NCBI GenBank assembly: GCA_963514005.1
Contig: OY740783.1
Span: forward strand, 129,890,001-129,954,000
Reading direction: 5' to 3'
DNA length: 64,000 nt
Source of the DNA: Raja brachyura
Taxonomy: Eukaryota
The notes beneath the pieces are model-generated. The model made no database searches and was not told the DNA's origin. It saw nothing but the letters and a program-made list of their open reading frames with translations. Numbering within the stretch: position 1 is the first letter of the stretch; each line of letters opens with the position of its first letter. The translations under genes were made by a program, and so were the position numbers. Shown here one piece after another: positions 13,301 through 25,300 of this stretch.

Positions 13301-16300
13301 GTTTTTTACACCACTAGATGATCGCCCCTCAGCCTCCTGCGCTCCAAGGAATAGAGTCCTAGCCTGCCCGACCTTTCTCTACACCTCAGGCTCTCAAGTC
13401 GTGACATCATCCTTGTAAATCTTCCCTGCGCTCTTTCCAGCTGAAGGCATCCTTCCAGTATCAGGCAGACCATAATAGTGAGATTAAACGAGAACTTACC
13501 TGTTCGAAGTTTGATCTTTATTTTATGAGGAGTTACGATGAGGGATTACGTGAAGAAGCCCCGCCTGGCGCTGGATCAGCATACTTCAAAGCAGCGGCAT
13601 GAAAAACACAGAACCAATAGCCGGAGTAAAATAGTAAGGCTCAAAATAGACTAGAACTACCAGATGATCATTTATATTATGAGGGTTGGGAGTGGAGGGC
13701 ACGTAATCCCTCATCGTAACTCCTCATAAAATAAAGATCAAACTTCGAACAGGTAAGTTCTCGTTTAATCTCACTATTTTACTTCGGAGTCACGTGAGTG
13801 ACTACGTGAAGATTTTAAAGCTCTGTGTTTTCCATGTCGTAAATTCATTTCATACAACTCTCTGTTTGGTCAAAATAGTAGTGAGTAAAAAGTATTTTAA
13901 CACATTGTTATAATTTATGTAATAAGTCCTTTAATTATAAAAAAGAACAACTTTTTTAATAATAATAATAACCCCTCTATCGCAGGGGAAAATGACAAAA
14001 TAATTGATAAATTATGTCAATGGTAACATAAATCGATAATATAAATCGATAATATAAACAAAGCAAGCATTTAAAGAGAACCCAGTACTGCGTGTCCAAA
14101 TCCTGGCACCGTGACAACAGGTTTATTGTAGAACTTTGAAAAAGTTTCTTCTCTAGACCACCCTGCGGCCTCTAAAATTTGATCGAGTGGTACGTCCTGT
14201 ACCTTCGCCGCGGACGTAGCTGCCGCCCTAGTGGAGTGAGATTTAAACACATCAGTGTCTATTCCTGCTAGACCCAAAACCTGTTTTAACCATCTAGAAA
14301 TGGTTTGAACTGAAACTTTTGTATGTGGTTTTTTGTGTGTTATCAATAACGCTTTCTCAGAACCTCTGAGATTTTTGGTTAACTCCATGTATTGAGTTAA
14401 ATGCTTAACTACACACAATGTTTCATCAATAGGATATGCTTTAAACATTACCTTCATTCCAGTTCTCCCTGGTCTGCTTTGTTTGATTAAGTCATAAACA
14501 TAAAACACAATGTTATCTGAAGTCACATGCATGCAATCCAACCTTAACAATTGCAAAGTTTGTACTCTTTGAGCTGATACCAATGCCATTAACATAACCA
14601 CCTTGAATGTTAAGTTCTGCAAAGACATTGAATTAATTGGAGTCCATTGTTGAAGCAAAGTGAGAACAATACTAACATCCCAAATTTCTGTATATCTGGG
14701 CTTGGGAGGATTTTTATTAAAAATACCTTTCATGAATCGGGATACTAATGGGTGAGACCCAACTGAATCCCGATCCGAAATTTGTCCTAAATAGGATGAC
14801 AATGCACTCCGAGCACAATTAATGGCACTATAACTCAAATGCTCATCAAACTGTAACCCAGCAAGGAACTCCAATACATTTGAAATGTTTGCAGAATGAT
14901 AAGATATCTTTGACTGTGTACAAAAGGCTTCCCATTTCCTTATATGCGTCATATATTGTTTTTTAGTGCTAGTCCTCCAAGCTGCATCTATAACATCCAT
15001 GGTCCTGTCCGACAGTTCAAACTCTTGCAATGGTCTGGTCAGAACCTGCAGATTAACAAATTAATATGATCATGCAATGGATGAATTTCTTTTGTTACTG
15101 GTTGTGTCAACAGATTGTCGCAACTGGGAATTGTCATACATGGTTCAATAATCATTTCTAGCATCAATGGGAACCATGACTGCGTAGGCCAATTTGGCAC
15201 CACCAAAATGCCTTTGGCAGCGTCTTGCGCTATTTTCTTGAGACATTGCCCAATGAGACAGAATGGGGGAAAAGCATAAAAGAACATATTCCCCCAGTGT
15301 AGCGAGAAAGCATCCACCGCTACTGCCCCTGGATCGTGTTCCCAAGACACGTATTTCGGCAATTGGTGATTCAATCTAGATGCAAACAGATCAATGTCCG
15401 GTACTCCATACCGACTGACAATATTTTTGAAAATTTGTGGATTTAACATCCATTCTGTATTGTCTTTAAATATTCGTGATCTTTTGTCTGTCATAACATT
15501 GTCTCTCCCTGGGAGATAAATAGCTGAAAGCCCAATATTTTTTGCAATACACCATTGCCACATCTGGTTACCAGATGATCACATGAAATTGATCTGACAC
15601 CACCCATGTGATTGATATATGCCACAGCTGTGGTATAATCTATTTGTACTTGGACATGCAAATCCTTTAATGAAGAGCAATAAGCTTTTAATCCATAAAA
15701 TGCTCCCACTAGCTCCAAATAATTAATACCATATGTTTGGAGCAACAAATCCTCTTGGACAGCCCATCTGCCTCCACAGCTGGTCTCATTGTCCATAGCC
15801 CCCCATCCGAGAGAACTTGCGTCAGTTTGTAAAACCACGACTGGCTGATGAACTAAAATGTTCTTAGCAGCTTGTGGAACATTCTCAATCCACCAATGTA
15901 ATTCTGATAAAGCTTCCTTAGGCAATTGCATTGGCCTATCAAAATGGCCTGCTCGCTGAACTAGCGCTTTAGTTTTTGCCCTCTGAAGATTTTGGTAATG
16001 TAAACGACCAAATTCTACTGCTGGAAATGCTGCTACCAATTTACCAATACCCTTGGCAACCTCTCGGATGGAGGGATAAGGTTTGTTAAGCAGGTTTTGA
16101 CACACATTTGTCAAATCTAACTCCTTATCCATTAGTAAAGTTACCAACATAGTAACTGAGTTAATCACAAACCCCAGATATTCAATGGTTTGGGATGGCT
16201 GTAACTTAGACTTTGTTGGATGGATCAGAAAACCCAACTTCTCAAACAAGCTAATAGTTGCTGAGACTGATTTTCCAGCTGATTCCTGATTAGCATTGAC

Positions 16301-19300
16301 AATTAAAATGTCATCTAGATAAGCCATAACGATGTGTTTTTGTGCCCTAAGCAGTGCAAGTGCTGGCTTTAACAATTTAGTGAACAATCTAGGTGCTGAA
16401 CTTAATCCATTAGGCAAAGCTTTGTATTGCCACAGCTGTCCCATCCATTTAAACTTTAAATACCTGCGAAAATTATGATGAATTGGGACCGAATAATATG
16501 CATCCTTCAAGTCTATTGTAGCCATATAACAGCCTGTTGATACCAACTGCATTGCAGTGTAGAAAGTGTCCATTTTAAAATGTTTATACTTGACAAATGT
16601 ATTCAAAAATGTGAGATCTAAAATAATCCTACAACCCCCATCTTTCTTTGGTCTGGGGAAAATGTTTGATATAATTTGTTGTGGATCCTCTCCTGTTTTC
16701 TCGATAACTCCTTTTTTACTCAAATTCTTAATTTCTTTGTCCATTTGATTTGTCTCAAACTCTGAGAACCTCAAAGGATGACTAGGCTCATTTTGTCCCA
16801 ATGGAACCATACCTTCCACAAAATCAATGGTAGATCCTAGTACAGTGTCTAATACCACACGATCAACTGTAATACTGTCCCATTCCTTATAAAACATTTG
16901 GAGTCTACCACCAATCTGTGGCTCATCCCAGCATTCCTCTTTAATAGGATAATGTTTATGTACCTCTCCAACTGGACGAAATGATCTTCTTTTCCCAATG
17001 AATGGGTGTACATTCGGCTGTGTTGGCTGGAAATTTTTCCTTATCATACTCCTGCCTCGGCTTGTACCAGCTCCAAAATCAAATCTCTTCCTCGTATAGC
17101 CAGTCCATCTCTGGCCAAAGTTGAAGGGTTTCATACGACCAAGAGTCTTTGCCTCTTCATCTATTTCTTTAATTTGTTTAGACAAATCCTCTCCGAACAA
17201 AAAACCAGGAGTTTGAACATTGCTTGGTTTACACAATCCTGCAAATCTTGGATGTAACAGAGGTCGAATGGCAATCTTCCTCATACAATTTATCTCAAAA
17301 AATGAGTTGCAAAATAAGGCCAACATATGTTTCTGCACTTTGGTCATTCCACAACCTTCCACTTGTCTGCCAAGTGCAGTAATGCCAGCTGAAATCAGCT
17401 TGAGGACTCTTTGAAATCGAATTTCCTGCGCCCGCATAATTGATGACATTGGCGCCCAAACAACCGGATTCACCGTAGGTACCTTCAATGAGGCACAATT
17501 GATAGGTGTTTTATACATTTCTGCTGTCTCAACCATAACAGCATCTTGAAGCGGGTGAGAGACCATATAATTAATATTGGCCGCCAGGTTATCTTCCATG
17601 GCCTCACCGCCTCCTCCAGGTATTGCAAAATCTTGTGCCACATCAGGCACACCTGGAGCCATATAATTGTATTGTGGTGTGTACTCCGGACCACAATCAC
17701 CACTTTCAGGGTCTGTCTCATACAGCCCTGGTACTCCTGAAACTTGTTCAAAGGAGACTTCCTCCAGTCCATACCCAGGCACTGGAGTTTCAAATTCCCA
17801 ATTCGAATTGGCACCATATTCACGATATGGAACCCCCTCAGGGGCTGCCTGGGAATATTCTGGGTTCTTAGACCCTTGGTTGATAATAGTTTGGAGCATT
17901 TTCTCCATTTGGTCCATTCTGAGCCATAAGGCTTTTCTTTCTGGACCTTCAGAATCAGAGTCCTCAGAAACCCCAGGCCCTTCAGCTTTTCTTTTACTTT
18001 TTTTTTAGGCACTGGGATTTCCTCTACAGTTTCTGTTTGTGGAGCAATCAAAGCCTCACTAACGGGTGTTTCAACGGCCACCGGTATCGGAACCGGCTCC
18101 ACAATAATCTGCTGTCCCGACTCCTCTGCACCCTGGGACGCACGTTTTACCCGCTGTTTTTTGGCCTTCTCCATTTTGTTTTTTACTAACTCCTCCTGGT
18201 TTACCCACCAGGCTACGGAGTTCTGGAACCTCGCCCTAAATTTTTGTAAAACTCTCTTACCTGCGGGCTGGTTCCTTACCGCTGTGTGGAGCTGCGCTCT
18301 GCAGCTCTTTCGCTGCCGACAGCTACGACGTAATGCCGATCCAGCGCCAGGCGGGGCTTCTTCACGTAGTCACTCACGTGACTCCGAAGTAAAATTGAAC
18401 ACAATACTCCAAATGTGGCCTCACCAACGTGTTGCGACTCCCAACTTCTGTACTCAATACAAGTCAAGTCAAGTGAGTTTATTGTCATGTGTCCCAGATA
18501 GGACAATGACATTCTTGCATTGCTGCAGCACAACAGAATATTGTAGGCATAAATTCAGATCAGTGTGTCCATATACCATGGAATATATATGTACACACAC
18601 AAATAAACAGATAAAGTGCGATAGGCTGTTATAGTTCAGAGTTTGTTTGAAGTTGTGTTTAATAGTCTGATGGCTGTGGGGGAGCAGCTGTTCCTGAACC
18701 TGGATGTTGCAGTCTTCAGGCTCCTGTATCTTCTACCTGATGGCTGTGGAGAGATGAGTGTGTGGCCAGGATGGTGTGGGTCCTTGATGATGCTGCCAGC
18801 CTTTTTGAGGCAGCGATTGGGATAGATCCCTTTGATGGAAGGGAGGTCAGAGCCGATGATGGACTGGGCAGTGGTTACAGCTTTCTGCAGTCTTTTCCAA
18901 TCCTGGATGCTCAAGGGTCTGTCCCACTTTCCCGAGTTACTCACAAATTCTCGCAAGTTTTCCCCTTGATACAAACTCGGAGAATTACGGTAATAGCCAC
19001 CCGTAGGTACTCGGGTCTATTTTTTTTTTACTTGTGGACATTTTTCAACATGCTGAAAAAACGTCCCAATTTATCGACTCCATCCCCTATTCCCAATTCC
19101 TCCGTCTACGCCGCATCTGCTCCCAGGATGAGGTGTTCCACACCAGGTCATCACAAATGTCCTCATTCTTCAGAGTACGGGGATTCCCCTCCCCCATTAT
19201 AGATGAGGCTCGCACCAGGGTCTCCTCCATACCCCGCAACACTGCCCTCTCTCCCCATTCCCCCACTCACAACAAGAGCAGAGTCCCCCTGGTCCTCACC

Positions 19301-22300
19301 TTTCACCCCACCAGCCGGCACATACAACAGATAGTCCTCCGCCAGTTTCGCCACCTCCAATGTGACCCCTCCACTCACCACATCTTCCCATCTCCCCTCC
19401 CCCCCCCCCCCGTCTGCCTTCCGCAAAGACCGCTCCCTCCGCAACTCCCCTGTCAATTCTTCCCTTCCCTCCCGCTCCACCCCTTCCCCGGGCACTTTCC
19501 CTTGCAACCGCAAGTGATGCTACACTTGTCCCTTCACCTCCCCCATCCACTCCTTTCAGGGACCCAAGCAGTCCTTCCAGGTCCGACAGAGGTTCACCTG
19601 CACCTCCTCCAACCTCATCTACTGCGTCCGTTGCTCCAGATGCCAGCTGATCTATATCGGTGAGACCAAGCGGAGGCTTGGCGATCGTTTCGCTGAACAC
19701 CTCCACTCGGTCTGCAATAACCAACCCGACCTCCCGGTGGCTCAGCACTTCAACTCCCCCTCCCATTCCGTATCCGACCTCTCGGTCCTGGGCCTTCTCT
19801 ACGGCAAGAGTGAGAAACACCGCAAGTTGGAGGAACAGCGCCTCATATTCCGCTTGGGGAGTTTGCATCCTCTGGGCTTAAACATTGAATTTTCTCAATT
19901 CTGTCAACCCTGGCCGTCTCCTCCCCTTTCCACCTCTCCCTCAGCCCTCGGGCCCTGGCATTCCTTCTCTCTCTATTTCTCCCCCACCCAAGTCGCACTA
20001 GCTTCTCATTTTCACACTACAAACAGCTTACAATGGCCTGTTTCCTTTATCATCGATACTTTTTTGCATATCTTTCATTTATTGTTCTTTATCTCTCCAC
20101 ATCACCGTCCCACGACCCGAAACGTCGCCTATCTCTTTCGCTCCTTTGATGCTGCTACACCCGCTGAGTTTCTCCAGCCTTTTGTGTACTCCCAATTTAT
20201 CTGATCCGAGTACTTATGGCTGGCATTACGAGCCGCTACAAAATATCTACGGACTCGCTACGGACATTCTCCGAGTTTGAATCAAGGGGAAAACTCGGGA
20301 GAATTCGTGAGTAACTCGGGAAAGTGGGACAGGGGCTTCAAATTGCCGAACGAAGCCACAATGCAAGCGGTCTACTGTGCACCTGTAGACGTTCGAGAGA
20401 GTCCTCCTTGGCATATCGACTCTCCGTAATCTTCTCAGGAAGTAGAGGCGCTGATGTGCTTTCTTTATGATTGCATCAGTGTTCAGGGACCAGGAGAGAT
20501 CAGTAGCAATACCAACCGATCGATACCAACTAGATGCAGGACACTTCACATGCCTTCCACCATTTTGACATTGTCAAATTCTCCCACTGCCTCATGTTCA
20601 CCAGGGATGTACGGTGGCACACTGGTGCAGAGGTCGAGCTGCTGCCTCACAGCACCAGTGACACGGGTTCCATCTTGAATTTGGAAGCTGTCCGTGAACG
20701 GTGTTTGTACGTTCTCCCTGTGGGTTCCCACCTCCAAAACATGCAGGTTTATAGGTTATTTATCTAGTTGGATAATGTAGATTTAGTGCGAACAGCTGAT
20801 TGCTGGTCGGCGTGGGCTGCAGGGCCTGTTTACCAAACCAAAACCTCCATCTGCCGTCAGGAAGGTCTTAAAACTTCTTCTGAAACAGAGATCCAACCGG
20901 CTCCCCTCTCTCCATCAGCCAGCACTCTCATCCACCCAGCAGAACTTGTTCTCAGCCCAACAACTTCTCTAGTGACTCCTCTCACTTTCTACAAATCAGA
21001 GGTAACCATGGGCACTGGTGTGAGCCTTAGCTCATTCTGCCTTTACAATGGATCTGTGAAACTCTCCCTGCTCCAAACCTTCTATAGGAGCACTCCACAA
21101 CACATTCTCAGTTACATCAATGACTTTGTTAGTGCTGACTCCTACACCCAGATAGGAAAGGTTTAGAGGGAACTGGGGCAAATGGGCCAACTCAGAATGG
21201 CACCTGGTTGACATGGACAATTTGGGCCGAAGGGCCAGTTTCCCTGCTGCCCGACTCCATTACTCTATAGCTAAGTTGCACTGAGGTAGATTAGAAGTTC
21301 GGGAAAAACATCCTTAACATATGAGAGTTCCTTATGTTTAGGTTTAGGTTTATTCTTGTCACGTGTACTGGGGTACAGCGACAAGCTTTGTTTTGCACAC
21401 TATCCAACAGATCAGATAATACCACACATAAATACAACCAAGTCAAACTCCAGTACAATAGGTAGAGCAAAGGGGAAGATACAGAGTGCAGAATATAGTT
21501 CTCAGCATTGTAGCGCATCAGTTCCAGAGACAAAGTCCAATGTCCGCAATGGGGTAGAGGTGAATCGGACAGTGCCCTAGCTTATGGAAGGACCGTTCAG
21601 AAGCCTGATAACAGAGGGGAAGAAGCTATTTCTGAGTCTGGTGGTGCGCGCTTTCAAGCTTCTGTACCTTCTGCCAGACGGGAGCGGGGAGAAGAAGGAA
21701 TGACCGGGGTGGGACAGGGACAAGTCTTTAATTACATTGTGTTAAAGTCTGAAGAAGGGTCTCGACCCGAAACGTCGCCTATCTCCTTCGCTCCTTAGAT
21801 GCTGCTGCACCCGCTGAGTTTCTCCAGCTTTTTGTGTAACCCTCTTTAATTACATTGGCTGCTTTCCCGAGGCAGCGTGAAGTGTAGATGGAATCGATGG
21901 TGGGGAGTGTGGTCTGTGTGATGGACTGGGCTACATCTACAATGGTGGGGAGTGTGATCTGTGTGATGGACTGGGCTACATCTACAATGGTGGGGAGTGT
22001 GGTCTGTGTGATGGACTGGGCTACATCTGCAATGGTGGGGAGTGTGGTCTGTGTGATGGACTGGGCCACATCTGCAATGGTGGGGAGTGTGGTCTGTGTG
22101 ATGGACTGGGCTACATCTACAATGGTGGGGAGTGTGGTCTGTGTGATGGACTGGGCCACATCCACAACTCTGTGCGATTTCTTGCGATCCTCCTGTTCCC
22201 AACCCAGGCTGTGATGCAACCGACAGTGTGCTCACTACGGTGCATCTGTTGATGTTTCTAAGAGGTACTGGAGACACACTGAATTACCTTAGTCTCCTCA

Positions 22301-25300
22301 GGAAGTAGAGGCGTTGGTGTGGCTTCTCAGCCATATTGTTGATGTGTTTGCACCTGGACAGATTAATAGCCCTGTACCACGGTACGAGTTCATTCCAAGA
22401 TCTCTCCCGAGTTTGCCCTGATTCGAACTCGGAGATTTACGGTAATGGCCACTCGTCGGTACTCGGGGCTCTCGTGGACATTTTTCATCATGTTGAAAAA
22501 TCTTCATGAGTCTTCCTGTGCTTCCCTGCCATTAGCGAGTCTTCCCGAGTACCTGCTGTTAGCGCTACGAGCTGCTAAGAGAAGTCCCGAGCTCCGACGT
22601 ACCCGCCACGTTCATACTCCTTGCTTAACACGAGTTTGATTTTTTTAAACTTGGGAGAGCTCGTACCGTGGGACAGGGCTTTATGGGTGATATTAACAGC
22701 TGGGAACAAAGTTCCTGATACATACCGTGGTGTGTACTCCACCACGTTCCCTGTGGTCACTGACCAGCAAGACTACAATTACACCAGGTAAAGGACACTC
22801 GGACAGGGGCATGGATAGGAAAGGTTTTGGGGGGGGGGGGGGGGGATATGGGCCAAGCGCAGGTAAATGGGATAGTGATGGGACATCAGGCAACTGAACC
22901 GTCCTCTCACCAACTAGAGAGCGGCCCTGACCTCCCATCTACCTCACTGGAGATCCTCAGACTATCTTTAAAGGGCTGTCCCACAGTACGAGGTAATCCA
23001 AGAGCTTTCATGAATTAAAAAAAAATCAAACTCGTGGTAACTACGTAGAATGAACGTAGCGGGTACGTCGGAGCTCGGGACATCTCTTAGCGGCTCGTAA
23101 CGCTACCGCAGGTACTCGGGAAACGCGGTAAGCTCGGGAAGACGCGTGAAGATTTTTCAACATGTTTAAAGATGGCCACAAGAGCCCCGAGAACCTACGA
23201 GTGCTTATTACCGTAATTCTCCGAGTTCTAATCGGGGGAAACTCGGGAGAACTCTTGAATTACCTCGTACAGTGGGACAGCCCCTTTTTAATCTGATTTT
23301 GCTGACTTATCTTGCACTAAATGTTATTTCCTTTATCCTTTATCTGTACACTGTGGACGGCTCGATTGTAATCATGTACAGTCCATCTGCTGACTGGATA
23401 GCACGCAACAAAAACGATTTTCACTATACATCGGTACACGTGACAATAAATTAAACTAAAAGCTCAGGTAGAGTTCTTGACCGGCAAGCACAAGTTGGGC
23501 TGAAGGGCTGGGGATACTGAATACCATTAGCAATTGGATCAACAATTGACACAGAGTGCTGGAGTAACTCAGTGAGTCATGCAGAATCTCTGGTGAACAT
23601 GAAGAGGTGACGTTTTTTCAGCTCATAACCCTTCTCCAGACTGTTTCTCACATAAAAGAGTGGCGCTGACTCATGTAAGAAGGCTAGAGAGGAGGAAGCA
23701 ATGTGGAAAAGAAATTCTCAGAAATCGAGAACCACTGGTATTACAGCTGCCCTGCCCCCGTCACCATTCTAGAAGGCACTTTTGAACCCAACCCAACCAC
23801 TTCTGTAAACCTCGTAACACTCTAGACCAGGTGCCACGGCCTTAGAACATATCTGGTAGAACGGTACACACAAACATGGCCCTTCACCCCACAATACCTG
23901 TGCCAAACAGGATGCCAGGACCATATTTAGACTTCAAACATACAGTATGGAAATAGTCCCTTTGGCCCACCGAGTCCGCGCCGACCTGCGATCATCCCCC
24001 ACACTAGTTCTATCCTACACACCAGGGACAATTTTCAATTTTACCGAAGCCAATTAACCTGCCAAACACCTTTGGATGTGTGGGAGGAAACCGGAGCACC
24101 CGGAGAAAACCCACGCAGTCACAGGGAGAAAGTAAAAACTCTGTACCAGGGTCTCTGGAGCTGTGAGACCCAGCTATTCACAGTCTGAATCACCAATTTG
24201 GTTCAACATCATTTCCAAGGTTGTGCAAGGTATTAAACCAGACGTGACTTTGGGCATAGACACAAAGTGCAGGGGTAACTTATACATACAATTTTATACA
24301 ATTATACAATTGTTTATTGTCATTTGAATCTCAAATGAGGTTCAAACGAAATTTGGTTTCTGCAGCCATACAACAAGAAGAAACAATTTAACAAGACACA
24401 CAACCAACTCAATTCACACAGACATCCATCACAGTGAATCTCCTCCTCACTGTGATGGAAGGCAAAGTCTTGTCTCTCCCCTGCTCTCCTTCCTGTCCCG
24501 ATGTTAAAGCCCCTGGCGCGCAACGTAGGGCCCCGCTCCGGGTCATTTTCAACCCCGCAACTCGGGCGGGAGAAGTTGCCGTTGCGGGAGATTCGAAAAG
24601 CGGTCTCCCACTAGGGACACGCGAGCTCCCGATGTTCCTCTCCACCGGGCCTGAGGCCGGAGCCTCCGAAGCTCCGAAGTCGGATCGCAGGCGCGCGCCA
24701 CCACAGCTTTCCACGTGTTTCCCCCACTCCTCCCCCCACATATACACAGCTAAAAACAATATAAAACAATCTAAAAACCGCAACCAACTATACATTCAAC
24801 GGGACAAATATAAAAAAAAGACAGACGAAGTGCAGAGGCCGCTACCACGTCGGTCACGTCACCCACTAAAGTGCAAGGGGTACAACGAGGGTGATTGGAA
24901 GATCAGGAATTTATCCTTAGCAAATGAGGAGCGTTCAGTAGTCTGATAACAGCGGGGAAGAAGCTGTTCCTGAGTCTGGTGGTCTGTGCTTTCAAGGGCC
25001 GGGACCCTTCTTCACTTGCCAGGTTTTGTCCTGCCCCCACTTCTCTCTATCAACTTTCTCCCCCACCTCCAGCCAACTGCCATCTGTCTGAAGAAGCCCC
25101 CCCCCCCCCCCCCTCCTCTCCCCTAAAATGTCTCCTCTTCATTGCCTCCGCAGATGGTGCCTGACCTGCTGAGTTCCTTCCTCTGGGACTTTGTTGCTGG
25201 CTGTAACCCACTCCCCTGCGTCGATGTGTAAATCAGTATCACCGACAACTGGTGGTGCCACTTGTGACTCCAGTCCAAGCGCAGTGTGGCTCTGGAACCT

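Larger units (their letters stand above)
13474..18395 (-). mobile_element. DIRS1-like tyrosine-recombinase retrotransposon, structurally complete
   Basis: Inverted terminal repeats (13547-13577 vs 18338-18368). The internal complementary region 13701-13812 matches both termini. Carries gag, RT/RH, MT and YR ORFs and splits a CR1 fragment. Confidence 0.96.
18460..20500 (-). mobile_element. Rex1/Babar-like 3' fragment interrupted by a Harbinger MITE, itself interrupted by Penelope
   Basis: Colinear with 10482-11066 once 18914-20337 is removed. Confidence 0.85.

Noticed and set aside
17485-17990. C-terminal part of the 229-aa ORF as a separate DIRS protein
   Set aside because: Better explained as out-of-frame read-through after the A9 indel in gag
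21779-22277. Repeat-protein ORFs (His/Cys-rich or SITQTTLPT repeats)
   Set aside because: Translations of a 45-bp minisatellite within a Rex1-like fragment
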